Assembly (NCBI GenBank): GCA_963749915.1
Contig: CAVVOP010000019.1
Location: forward strand, 96,001-160,000
Source of the DNA: an uncultured cyanobacterium
GTDB taxonomy: Bacteria; Cyanobacteriota; Cyanobacteriia; Cyanobacteriales; Cyanobacteriaceae
Length of the DNA stretch: 64,000 nt
Direction of reading: 5' to 3'
Shown: positions 11,020-20,427 of the stretch, one piece after another
How the letters are laid out: the number at the start of each line of letters is the position of its first letter
Numbering within the stretch: position 1 is the first letter of the stretch
Translations under genes and position numbers: made by a program
The notes under the pieces: generated by a model
Told to the model about the DNA's origin: nothing
Database searches by the model: none
What the model saw: the letters and a program-made list of their open reading frames with translations, nothing else

Positions 11020-11877
11020 TCAATCAAGTTCTACAGTATCAGCATAGCTATAAATTTCAATCCCGAACTCTTGAGCTATAGGTTTAGCTCGTTCATCTAC
11101 CATGGGAGAAATAACTAGTTTACGATTCGCTTTTCTGTCATGTCGCTTTTCATAAAAAGCCACTTTACGGCTAAAGATATACATATCAGATTTGCTGAAG
11201 GAAGATTTGATTTCACAAATAATCAATAGACCATTTTTGATAATTACGTCTAATTCTATTTGATCTGGTCGACCAAAAACTTCCCCAGCATCATCATATT
11301 CATTGATATTTAGAACCTGTATTTTGAAAGATTCTTCTAAAATTCCTTTGAGTGCATTACGAAAACTTGCTTCTGAATATAAACCCCATCTTGAACCTAA
11401 AGCTCCAATAGTACTATCATGTTTACGGTTCATCTCTTTTATTTCTGCCAACATCTGCTCAAAGCGGCGATCGCTTTCTTCCCATTTACGATCTTGTTCC
11501 TCCCATCGACGATCTTGTGCTTCAAATTTACGATCCATTCGAGCTAATATTTCATCAAAGCGGCGATCGCTTTTATCCCATTTGCGATTTTGTTCTTCCC
11601 ATTTGTGATTTTGTTCTTCCCATTTGTGATTTTGTTCTTCCCATTTGTGATTTTGTTCTTCCCATTTGTGATTTTGTTGTTCCCATTTTATTTGTTGCTG
11701 CTCACGATCGCGTCTTAATTCTTCCATGATTTGATTGAAGCGATCTTGAGTTTCATCTTTTGGAGCATAATAATTAGAAACAGTACGTAAAATGAAATCC
11801 CGTATCTGACTATCTTCTGCTATTATCTGGGGTAATTGTTGTTGAAGCAGGGCTTTTATCTCCGCGTTGGTCATCAT
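11020..11877 (-). CDS. PD-(D/E)XK nuclease-fold protein with heptad-repeat coiled coil (DUF3782/DUF1626-like)
   Basis: IGALGSRWG, ELDVII and CEIKSS motifs; (WEEQNHK)n repeats. Confidence 0.8.
   Translation of the reverse strand: MMTNAEIKALLQQQLPQIIAEDSQIRDFILRTVSNYYAPKDETQDRFNQIMEELRRDREQQQIKWEQQNHKWEEQNHKWEEQNHKWEEQNHKWEEQNRKWDKSDRRFDEILARMDRKFEAQDRRWEEQDRKWEESDRRFEQMLAEIKEMNRKHDSTIGALGSRWGLYSEASFRNALKGILEESFKIQVLNINEYDDAGEVFGRPDQIELDVIIKNGLLIICEIKSSFSKSDMYIFSRKVAFYEKRHDRKANRKLVISPMVDERAKPIAQEFGIEIYSYADTVELD
11576..11690. repeat. 21-bp coding tandem repeat
   Basis: About 5 units of ttgttcttcccatttgtgatt, encoding WEEQNHK. Confidence 0.9.
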
Positions 11878-12046
11878 TTCAGCTTTTATTTGTTTATATA
11901 TATATTGTACAGAGGAAAAAAGTAATGGTTATTTAGAAATGAACAGTCCCGAAGAACTGAGCAAAGTCAAACAAATAGGATTAAAATTAATCTTACATCA
12001 GTTAATAATTGGCGAAAAATTAGAAAAAATACTTTGATCGAGACTT

Positions 12047-12733
12047 ATGATTGCTCAAGCACAAAATAGCTTAACATTACCAACCCAAGATGAATTACCT
12101 AGTGATGATGGTATTCCCATGGAAACACAAAGACATAAATTACAAATGGATTTGTTGATTTATCCTCTGATTCCTTGGTTAAAAAATCGAGAAGAGGGAT
12201 ATGTAGGCGGAAATATGTTTGTTTATTTCAGTTCGGCACAAGTGAAAAACCAAGACTTTCGAGGACCAGATGTTTTTGTGGTTCTCGGTGTACCAAAAGC
12301 AGAACGAAAAAGCTGGGTTGTCTGGGAAGAGGGAAAAGCTCCTGATGTAGTAATTGAATTACTTTCGGAAAAAACTGCTACCGAAGATAAAACAACCAAA
12401 AAGCAAATTTATCAAGATCGATTGAGAGTTCCTGAGTATTTTTGGTATGACCCTTTTTATCCTGAGGATTTAGCTGGCTTTGCTTTAACTGAGGGCATTT
12501 ATCAACCTTTATCCTTTGATAGTCAAAATAAATTGATTAGTCAACGTTTAGGTTTAAGTTTAGTCCGTTGGCAAGGCACTTATCAAGAAGTTAATACAGT
12601 TTGGTTAAGATGGGCAAATTTAGATGGCGCTGTTTTACCTACAGGTGAAGAAAAAGCTCAAGAAGCGGAACAGAAAGCAAAAAAATTAGCTGCTAAACTC
12701 AGAGAATTAGGAATTAATCCCGACGATGTTTAG
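12047..12733 (+). CDS. Uma2 family endonuclease
   Basis: LPSDDGIPMET, GPDVFVV, PDVVIELLS and VPEYFWYDP motifs. Confidence 0.92.
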   Translation: MIAQAQNSLTLPTQDELPSDDGIPMETQRHKLQMDLLIYPLIPWLKNREEGYVGGNMFVYFSSAQVKNQDFRGPDVFVVLGVPKAERKSWVVWEEGKAPDVVIELLSEKTATEDKTTKKQIYQDRLRVPEYFWYDPFYPEDLAGFALTEGIYQPLSFDSQNKLISQRLGLSLVRWQGTYQEVNTVWLRWANLDGAVLPTGEEKAQEAEQKAKKLAAKLRELGINPDDV

Positions 12734-13074
12734 CAAAATTAGTTTAAATTTTAATGAGTTCGGTTTTAATCGTAAAAAAAATAAGTACGAAGGATGGTTA
12801 ATTGATGAATAAATGCACAGTATGGACTCACATACACATACCAAAAAGTCGTTAGTGTCTTGAGTTTTTCGCCATAAATATTTAGCTACTGGGCCGCCCA
12901 TTATTTCAAGAAGCAAAGAAAAAACCTCAGGGAAAGGGTCGGTTGTGTTTCGCATGTTCTCCTTATAAATTCAGATTACGAGGTTAGAGGTTGAACAGTG
13001 ATTGACTACGACAAGAAATACTCAGTGATTAGTTCTCTAGCTTATAAAGAGAACTCAGATAAATTAGTAGAAAA

Positions 13075-14558
13075 ATGAGCAACGTTCCATTAATCATTTA
13101 GGATTAATTGCTGGAGTTATAGATGAAATTGGGATTGAAGAAATTATTAATGATGCCCTCGGTATTGACGAGAGGGAAATCGTGACAGCAGGTCAAATAG
13201 TCAAAGCAATTATTCTGAACGGATTAGGATTTATTTCTCGACCTCTTTATCTATTTCCACAGTTTTTTAAAGACAAAGCCACAGAACATTTAATCGGAAA
13301 AGGAATACTACCTGAGCATTTGAACGATGATAGAATTGGAAGAATAATGGATAAACTTTATGAAAAAGGATTATCTTCATTATTTTTAATTATTGCTTTA
13401 GCCACAGTAAAAAAATATAATATCAACATAGATTTTTCTCATTTAGATTCAACTTCTTTTGCGGTAGAGGGGAAATATAGTCAGGAAAAAATCACCAAAA
13501 ATTTGGTGAAAGAAAATGCAGAATTAGAGTTAATTAATCAAATTCCAATTAAGATAATTAAAGGTTATTCTCGTGACCATAGACCAGATTTAAAACAATT
13601 TATTTTGGATTTAATTGTGAGTGGTGATGGTGATATTCCACTATTTTTAAGAGTAGCCTCGGGTAATGAAAATGATAAAGCAATGTTCGGAAAAATAGCT
13701 AAAGAAAAAAGCTCAGAAACATTGAAGAAATTGATGAGGGAAGAATTTAGGTCATCAGAGGGAGCTTATGAAACAGTTTTGAGACTGAATAAGACTTTAA
13801 AATATCATTACATAACAGAGCTAAAAATTAAAATAAACGAATCAAAAAAAAGAGCAGGAAGATTTGTGTTAGCGACAAATAGATTGGATAAAAGTAAATT
13901 TAATTCTGATGAAATTTTAATTAAGTATAAAGAGCAACAAGCCGCAGAAAGAGGTTTTAGTTTTCTGAAAGAGCCATTATTTTTTGCCGATAGTGTGTTT
14001 TTAAAAACCCCAAAAAGAATCGAAACAATGGCAATGTGTTTTTGGGGTTATGCCTGTTGGTATATTCTTTGGGGCAAAGAGAAGTGCGTCGCTTATTAGA
14101 GGAGAGAAAAACGGGGATAAAAAATCAGCTAGGAAAACTAACGGAACGTCCGACGTTAAGATGGATATTTCAAAGTTTTCAAGGAATTCATTTAGTAATA
14201 AATGGAGGAATAAAACAGATAGTAAATCTAACAAATGAACGAAAACTAATTTTAAGTTTTTTCCCGATTTCTTGTCATAATTATTATATTTTATCTGGAT
14301 AACTTATGGGATTTAAGAGTCTAAATATTCTCAATTATAATACCATAAATAAAGAATAGAAAACTGATAGATTTGCTCTGTTTATTTATTCTCATTAAAG
14401 GTGAAGTTATTGACAATGAGATTTTAATTTGAGCAAAGTTCGCGAGTACAAAACGCGAATAAAGAAGATATTGAGTATTATTACTTATATTTTGTCCAAA
14501 ATAAGTTGCTTGGTTTTAATACTTTTATCATCTTACAAAGTGAAGTGCGGAATGTGGG
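13075..14558 (+). pseudogene. IS1634 family element, degraded transposase
   Basis: HLDSTSF, GYSRDHRPDLKQ, GRFVLATN and YKEQQAAERGFSFLK motifs; stop, frameshift and internal deletions; end gcggaatgtggg. Confidence 0.88.
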
Positions 14559-14591
14559 TTTAAAGAGCATTGTATCTTAGCTGTAGCTTAT

Positions 14592-14906
14592 CTAAGTTTT
14601 TTGATAAATAAAACGGGCATAGTTGAGGATTTCTTCTTGTTTGTTGGGAGCTAAGTTATGAATAATTGCGGTGATTTTATCGCTAGTAGGTAGCCATTGT
14701 TTAGTTGCTGATTTCCACACGACAATAAATTGTTTATCGGATAGGTTACATAGAGCAGTAGTTTCTCCTTCTTCATTGGTAAACTCTACCTCGAAATTAT
14801 GGTCATCGTGGCATTCCACTATTGCACCTTGACTACCTATAAATTGCTGATATTCTGCTAGATTGACAAGGAGTTCGACAATATCAAATAGTTCTGGTTT
14901 AATCAT
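14592..14906 (-). CDS. DUF4926-like small protein (putative antitoxin/immunity)
   Basis: LFDIVEL..GSQGAIVE..FEVEF pattern; its start overlaps the upstream gene stop. Confidence 0.65.
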   Translation of the reverse strand: MIKPELFDIVELLVNLAEYQQFIGSQGAIVECHDDHNFEVEFTNEEGETTALCNLSDKQFIVVWKSATKQWLPTSDKITAIIHNLAPNKQEEILNYARFIYQKT

Positions 14907-15253
14907 GATTTTCTCTTGATGTAAGCGGTGATTAGTCGGGCTTGTTTTGAGTTGGGAGGTATTAGCCAAGCAGTACGGACGTTTTCTCTTTGTTCAGGCT
15001 TGATTCCTTGAATGATTATATCTACTTGGTATCTTCTGCCATATTTATCTTCAAGGTTCGGGATTGCTTCTGTATCAAGGGCTTTGTCTTTGATTTGAGT
15101 TAACAAGGCTGGGTAGTTTTCTTGATTGTATCCCAGATGTTTTTGAAACATTATGGCTTTATCTTTACCTTTGGGGTTTTCAGAGTCGAGGACGTAATTA
15201 GTAAGTTTTCTCGTATCAATAATGATCTCATCGGCATATTCTCTTAATTTCAT
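14903..15253 (-). CDS. DUF6883-like protein (putative nuclease toxin)
   Basis: KLTNYVL..GKDKA..F, YGRRY, VRTAW and RLITAY motifs. Confidence 0.65.
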   Translation of the reverse strand: MKLREYADEIIIDTRKLTNYVLDSENPKGKDKAIMFQKHLGYNQENYPALLTQIKDKALDTEAIPNLEDKYGRRYQVDIIIQGIKPEQRENVRTAWLIPPNSKQARLITAYIKRKS

Positions 15254-15256
15254 CTT

Positions 15257-16687
15257 TTAGTCTCTCACTCGCAATTTTCCACTCATTAGTTTAGGGAGTA
15301 AGGTATCACGGGTTTTTGTTAGGGTTTGAATTTGTTGATTATTTAGATGATATTTTTTAAATATTGGTAGAATTATTTTTCTAAAAGAGTCAATAATCAA
15401 AGAATTAGGAATGATAATGGGCATCTCCCGTAAAGATCCTAAAGTTATATAAGATTGTGTAGTTCCTGCGAGCCTTGTTCTAAAGTAAGATTTTCCATAA
15501 GTTGAATTTAAAAACAAATATAAAAATTCAGAATATTCTAGATTTTGAGATGTTTTAAACAAGCCAATATTTTTAATGGCAAAATCAATTTCCTCATCTA
15601 AGACAAAATATAAAATTCCAACTGTTCCAATCATCGATAGTAAGATATCATATCTATCCACTTTGCTCCTTTTATTAATATCGATATAATCAGATTCGGA
15701 AATCAAGTAAGCAGAATTAAAATCAATTCCTTCTTTTTTTAGATGTTTTGAGGTTATCAAATAAAAACCTTTTTCTGATTGTTTAGGAGAATCATGTGTT
15801 CCATCCCTAACATCAATAATCTTTTCTAAATTTCCCACTGGCCAACCTGCGGGAATTTCGCCTAGCTCAGACGGGAGCGAAGCGCTGCTGCAAGCAGTTC
15901 GCATTTCACCACCAGAGGATTTATAAGGTTTACCGTCTTCATTAGGAAACTCAAAATCTATAAACCAATGCTTAAATAATGTCTGGGCAATCGCTTCTAA
16001 GCTTTCATTCTGCCTTCTCAAATTGTCAATCTTCGCATCTAAACAAGATAATACATCGGCAATTTTCTTTTGTTCTTCTAAATCAGGTACTTGAAGCTTA
16101 ATCTGACTCAAAATAGATTGATTAATGAGAGGTTGACCTGAACCGCCTCTTAGCCTATCTAATTTATAGTTATTGAGAAAATAGTAAAGAAACACTGAAT
16201 CAGAAATACCTTCTATACTACTTCCAATAATTGCGTTATCAGTAACCCAGCATTCTTCTTTACTCTCTCCAATAAACCAATTCTCAACCTTTAAACCATT
16301 AAAATCTTCAAAATCACTAACATTATTGGTCACCAAAACCAAATCATTACAAAAAGCAATACCCGCAATTTGTCCATCGGCAAAAGCAGGAATTTTTCCC
16401 ATCTTCGATAACCTCGCCCTTTCCTCACCGTGCCACCGTGCCGCTCGTAAATCATAATCAAAAACAGGCATCTTTAAAGGTATCTGCTCAATATAATCCA
16501 GTAAAAATTTTCTTTTTGCCGACTCAGGAGGTAATCGCAAATAACCATAGAATAGTTTATGAATTACTATTGAATCCGTTGCAACTTCCCTCTGATAACG
16601 GTTCATTTTTTCTACCACAAATTGATTGGGTATTTTTTTATTGATTTCAGAAATAACATTGGTGTCTAAGAGATACTTAAAAGTCAA
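15257..16687 (-). CDS. hsdS: In-frame fusion of a VapC/PIN toxin and an N-truncated type I R-M specificity subunit
   Basis: aa 1-138 PIN (LLDTNVISE, ADGQIAG, LVTNNVSDF); remainder HsdS (PDLEEQKKIA, LGEIPAGW, RDTLLPKLMSGKLRV). Confidence 0.8.
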   Translation of the reverse strand: MTFKYLLDTNVISEINKKIPNQFVVEKMNRYQREVATDSIVIHKLFYGYLRLPPESAKRKFLLDYIEQIPLKMPVFDYDLRAARWHGEERARLSKMGKIPAFADGQIAGIAFCNDLVLVTNNVSDFEDFNGLKVENWFIGESKEECWVTDNAIIGSSIEGISDSVFLYYFLNNYKLDRLRGGSGQPLINQSILSQIKLQVPDLEEQKKIADVLSCLDAKIDNLRRQNESLEAIAQTLFKHWFIDFEFPNEDGKPYKSSGGEMRTACSSASLPSELGEIPAGWPVGNLEKIIDVRDGTHDSPKQSEKGFYLITSKHLKKEGIDFNSAYLISESDYIDINKRSKVDRYDILLSMIGTVGILYFVLDEEIDFAIKNIGLFKTSQNLEYSEFLYLFLNSTYGKSYFRTRLAGTTQSYITLGSLREMPIIIPNSLIIDSFRKIILPIFKKYHLNNQQIQTLTKTRDTLLPKLMSGKLRVRD

Positions 16688-16959
16688 AGCTTAACCTCCC
16701 TTCCCGGACTGCGATCTCTTAAATCAGCAAAATCTTCATCAGTAAATTCTATCCCTTCGCGTTCCATCCGTTCACGAAATCTCAGGGTCATTTCCCAAAA
16801 CGTTTCTTCCTTAAAGCTTTCTGCTTCTTGTGTAGTTCCCTTATCCCCATTACCAGAACCTCTTTTTTCCTCCCGTTTTTTGAGCAGAATTGCCAACAAA
16901 GAATCCTGTTCTTCTTCAGATAAACTCTCAAAAGACTTAATCATTTCCTGTAACTTCAT
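16684..16959 (-). CDS. Putative antitoxin (VapB-like)
   Basis: Small ORF overlapping the PIN start; ends DLRDRSPGREVKL. Confidence 0.65.
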   Translation of the reverse strand: MKLQEMIKSFESLSEEEQDSLLAILLKKREEKRGSGNGDKGTTQEAESFKEETFWEMTLRFRERMEREGIEFTDEDFADLRDRSPGREVKL

Positions 16960-17240
16960 TTATACACCTCATCATGACTACCAATATCAATCAATAAAAT
17001 CATTATTTCTAAAAATTCTCCTTCTTCTGAGAAATCAAAAATAATTCTACAATCATAAGCAACAGAACAAGACCAAAGACCAGCCAAATTACCACTTAGT
17101 TTATAGGATTTAAGAGAAGGAGTAAATGGATCATCAGCTAAAAGCCTAAGTACAGCAAAAATTTTGTTTTTTAACTGAGGATTTTTTTTGATAACTTTTT
17201 TATAAGAACGCTTAAACCCTTAACTCCAAACAACCTTCAT
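16956..17240 (-). pseudogene. RelE/YafQ-family toxin with a premature stop at codon 7
   Basis: MKVVWS*GFKRSYKK...LADDPFTPSLKSYKLSGNLAGLWSCSVAYDCRIIF...IDIGSHDEVYK; TAA at 17220-17222; not in the ORF track. Confidence 0.85.
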
Positions 17241-17469
17241 CTTCAGCCTCGCTCAAGTCAGCAATCAAATCATCCACTGTTCCTACTTTAGCAGTGCCAG
17301 AAGCGGTCAGCGTAGCTGCGCTGGCAATCGCTTCTTTTAATTCACGGGCATTAGCCAAGATTTCCGTCTCCCTTGTTTTCGCTCGATGTTGACGCAGAAT
17401 TTCTAACAAATCATCTTGTTCGTCTGGGGACAACTTCTCAAAAGACTTAATCATTTCTGCGATTGTCAT
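17212..17469 (-). CDS. Putative antitoxin partner of the RelE/YafQ toxin
   Basis: Small ORF directly upstream of the toxin; N-terminus (EMIKSFE.LS..EQD.LL.IL) shared with 16684-16959. Confidence 0.65.
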   Translation of the reverse strand: MTIAEMIKSFEKLSPDEQDDLLEILRQHRAKTRETEILANARELKEAIASAATLTASGTAKVGTVDDLIADLSEAEDEGCLELRV

Positions 17470-17551
17470 TACTCCACCTCCCAAGCAAAACTAACATTAT
17501 CCATCCTCTCGAATACCAAAAAAACACCATTACCGCAGATTTCCTCCAAAA

Positions 17552-17785
17552 TCAACCAGAAAAAGCAAAAACATCAACCAGAATTGATCTTTGAGGTGAT
17601 GGATTATTATTGAGCATTAAACGAATATTCTCTGCTGTTTCTGCGGTAAAGATTATTTCTCCACAACGAGAGCATACTTGTGCTGGGATATTTTCCACCA
17701 AAACTAACTTATCATTCAAATTAAAAGTTTGATTAACTAGAGTTTCCTGCCAATCATTAGCATTACAAACATGACAATTATCCAT
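17552..17785 (-). CDS. YgiT-type zinc finger protein (MqsA-like antitoxin)
   Basis: CxxC...ENIPAQVCSRCGE. Confidence 0.85.
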   Translation of the reverse strand: MDNCHVCNANDWQETLVNQTFNLNDKLVLVENIPAQVCSRCGEIIFTAETAENIRLMLNNNPSPQRSILVDVFAFSG

Positions 17786-18099
17786 TATGTCCTCCTTTGT
17801 TTATACTTAATCCATTCTTCAGATGATGGTTCATATAAAGTAATAATAGTTAAAAATTCTCCTTCTTTTCTCGATACCTGCAAATGTAAAACCCGATTAT
17901 TAATTGTTAACCCTAATAGCAAACAACTAGGAGAATATTTATCATCTGGGTAATTTTCAATAATAATCGCATTTTTTCCCGTTTCTTTAATCTCCTCTAA
18001 ACTGATATTCCTCTCTACCAAACGCTGTAAACCATGACGGGTAAATTGAATTTTGCCCTTAGTTAGTTGTTGCCTAATTTGCTTAAGGGATTTCATCAA
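17785..18099 (-). CDS. DUF4258 domain protein (putative toxin)
   Basis: FTRHGLQRLVERNI, IIENYPDDKYSPSCLLLG and IITLYEP motifs; coupled to the YgiT finger gene. Confidence 0.8.
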   Translation of the reverse strand: MMKSLKQIRQQLTKGKIQFTRHGLQRLVERNISLEEIKETGKNAIIIENYPDDKYSPSCLLLGLTINNRVLHLQVSRKEGEFLTIITLYEPSSEEWIKYKQRRT

Positions 18100-18826
18100 A
18101 AATCCCCCAAAGAAAAACCGACTTTCTCTAACTGTATTTTAATCTCTTTATCCAAAGCCAAACCTTCTCGCATTTGTTCTGCTAACTCTTTGGTTAAAAC
18201 TTCCATCGTCTCCTCAAAGGAAATACCATCATCCTCTTCATCAGGAATCCCTACATAACGCCCTGGAGTCAAGACAAAATTATGCTTCTCAATCTCCGCT
18301 AACGTTGCCGACTTACAAAAACCCTTAACATCCTTATAATTCCCCTCGCTCTCTGGGAGAGGGTTTAGGGGTGAGGGCTTCTTCTTCCACTCATGATAAG
18401 TATCGGCAATTTTGGCAATATTCTCATCACTAAAAGCACGATTACGACGATTGACCATATAACCTAACTCCGAAGCATCAATAAATAACACCTCACCCTT
18501 ACGAGATCGACTCTTATTCACGTTTTTATAGCGACTGAGGAACCATAAACAAGCAGGAATACCAGTGTTATAGAATAGCTGTGTCGGTAACATGACAATA
18601 CAATCCACCAAATCAGCTAAATCCTTATGAGCATCATTGAGAAAAGAACCTTCAGGATTCCACTTAATATTCGAGCCATCAATTCCCCTAATCGCCAAAT
18701 TCATCCGACATAACTTATAGGTGGTTTCGTTGCTCTCCTGCCCATAGATAGAAATATCATCCAACCGCCCTTGGTGAGCTTCAATAAACTTCTCACTCTG
18801 AACAAACATTCCCCCCGAACCGCAAA
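18096..18826 (-). pseudogene. hsdM: Type I R-M methyltransferase remnant
   Basis: CGSGGMFVQS, YGQESN, LFYNTGIPACLW and LTPGRYVG motifs; N-terminus and catalytic NPPF segment missing. Confidence 0.85.
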
Positions 18827-18980
18827 GGTTAATCTTACAGTTTCTCAGCCCCAACTGTCGAAAATATTATTTGCTCTGTTAGGTAACCTGCCGAATGTAG
18901 GTTCTAATTGTTTATTTGTGGGCATTTATCTTTTGACATAAAGTTTACTAAGAAGTCATTCAAATCTTCTATGTGGTTGT

Positions 18981-19089
18981 CAAAATCTATTATCGAGAAT
19001 CACTTTTGACCAAAATATCTGAGCAGGAAAACCAGTTATTAGAGGTTTAAGAATTTCTGTGACGATGATTTTAGAACTTTTAAGCTCAA
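18981..19089 (+). pseudogene. DUF433 antitoxin remnant
   Basis: QNLLSRITFDQNI*AGKPVIRGLRISVTMILELLS with internal TGA. Confidence 0.7.
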
Positions 19090-19320
19090 TCTATTTCATC
19101 TTAGAAATTACTCACATTCAATTGGTTAAACTAAGAACCCAATCATTAGGCTATTATTTGTGGGAATTTCTTTTTTACTGGTTAATATTTGCATTTATAT
19201 TTTATGGTCAAAAATATCTAAACCAAGACGAGGTGAACGTTTAGTTTATCATCATTTATTTTCTCTAAAACAAATGCTAGCATTTTTATCGAATGTAGTT
19301 AATCAAATTTATTAGGATTG

Positions 19321-20367
19321 TTATAAATCTATTATTCCATATGTATATAACATAATAACAACCAATCCTATAGAGATAATTAATAATATAACCACGATAA
19401 AATTTAAACAACCTAAATTTCCTTTTATACTTTTAATAACATCTTGTAGCTTCTTAGTTTTTACAGAAAACAGATCATCTATTTGAACTATTTTTTCATC
19501 ATGAATTTTAAGTGATTGACGTATATTAAATATATTCTCAGAATTTAAACTTTCATTATTCTTAATGAGTTCATAAATATCTTTTATGTGTTCACTAATT
19601 TTATTGGTAAAATAGATATTTAGTTTATTTATATCTTGATCAACTTGATATTTGATATCAATTAGTTCACTTGTTATTTCTGATAAATTTTGTTCCAATA
19701 AATTTTGTTTATCTTGGGTTTGTAAATTACTATTATAGTGTTCATTTAAAAGTTTTATTAAATCTTGAATATTTTTGGGTATTTTACCCTCTTTGTTAGT
19801 AAGTTTTTCTAATTCTTCCAATAATTGATTGGCGGGAGAAATCTTACTGCGAATATCACCTTTAGCTTTTAATTGCCAAGATTCTCCACCGGGTAAAATA
19901 TCAACTTTACATGGTTTTTCTATACTGAAATTATTACTAATTGGGCTTACATCTCCTTGAATAATGAATAAAGATTCTATCTGATTTTTTAAACGATTAA
20001 AATTAATTTTACGATCACCATTGAATACTAAATAATAAGATTTACCATTTTCATTTTCTATTAAAATAATCCAATAATAACCACTATTTGTATATTCTAA
20101 ATAAATATTTTCATTATTATCACCCCTATAAGTATCTGCCGTCACGGAAACAGGAGTCCCATATTCCGCTAATATTTGAGGGGCATAATTATAAATATTA
20201 ATTAACTCCTCTTCACTAATATTTATCGGCTTTGGTTGGGGGTTAGATTTTCCACCTGTAACGATAACTCTTTGAGTCGATATTTCTAGTTCTTTTAGTT
20301 TTTTATCTACTTCTTGGAATTTGTTATATATGAGTTCTAGATTTTGACTTGGGGTGTTTTCATTCAT
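19321..20367 (-). CDS. Hypothetical protein: shared cluster domain, coiled coil, C-terminal TM anchor
   Basis: N-half paralogous to 30106-31176; hydrophobic C-terminal segment. Confidence 0.8.
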   Translation of the reverse strand: MNENTPSQNLELIYNKFQEVDKKLKELEISTQRVIVTGGKSNPQPKPINISEEELINIYNYAPQILAEYGTPVSVTADTYRGDNNENIYLEYTNSGYYWIILIENENGKSYYLVFNGDRKINFNRLKNQIESLFIIQGDVSPISNNFSIEKPCKVDILPGGESWQLKAKGDIRSKISPANQLLEELEKLTNKEGKIPKNIQDLIKLLNEHYNSNLQTQDKQNLLEQNLSEITSELIDIKYQVDQDINKLNIYFTNKISEHIKDIYELIKNNESLNSENIFNIRQSLKIHDEKIVQIDDLFSVKTKKLQDVIKSIKGNLGCLNFIVVILLIISIGLVVIMLYTYGIIDL

Positions 20368-20427
20368 AGTTTTTATATGGAAATAGTCAATAATTAATAA
20401 TGAAAATTATAAAAATTACCAATTAAA

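Noticed and set aside
11576..11690. Regular repeats resembling a CRISPR array
   Set aside because: Contiguous 21-bp units without spacers, in frame within a CDS; no cas genes
12707..12955. 82-aa ORF with a good RBS
   Set aside because: No recognisable motif, and its 3' end overlaps Uma2 antisense; possibly a fragment, but unsupported
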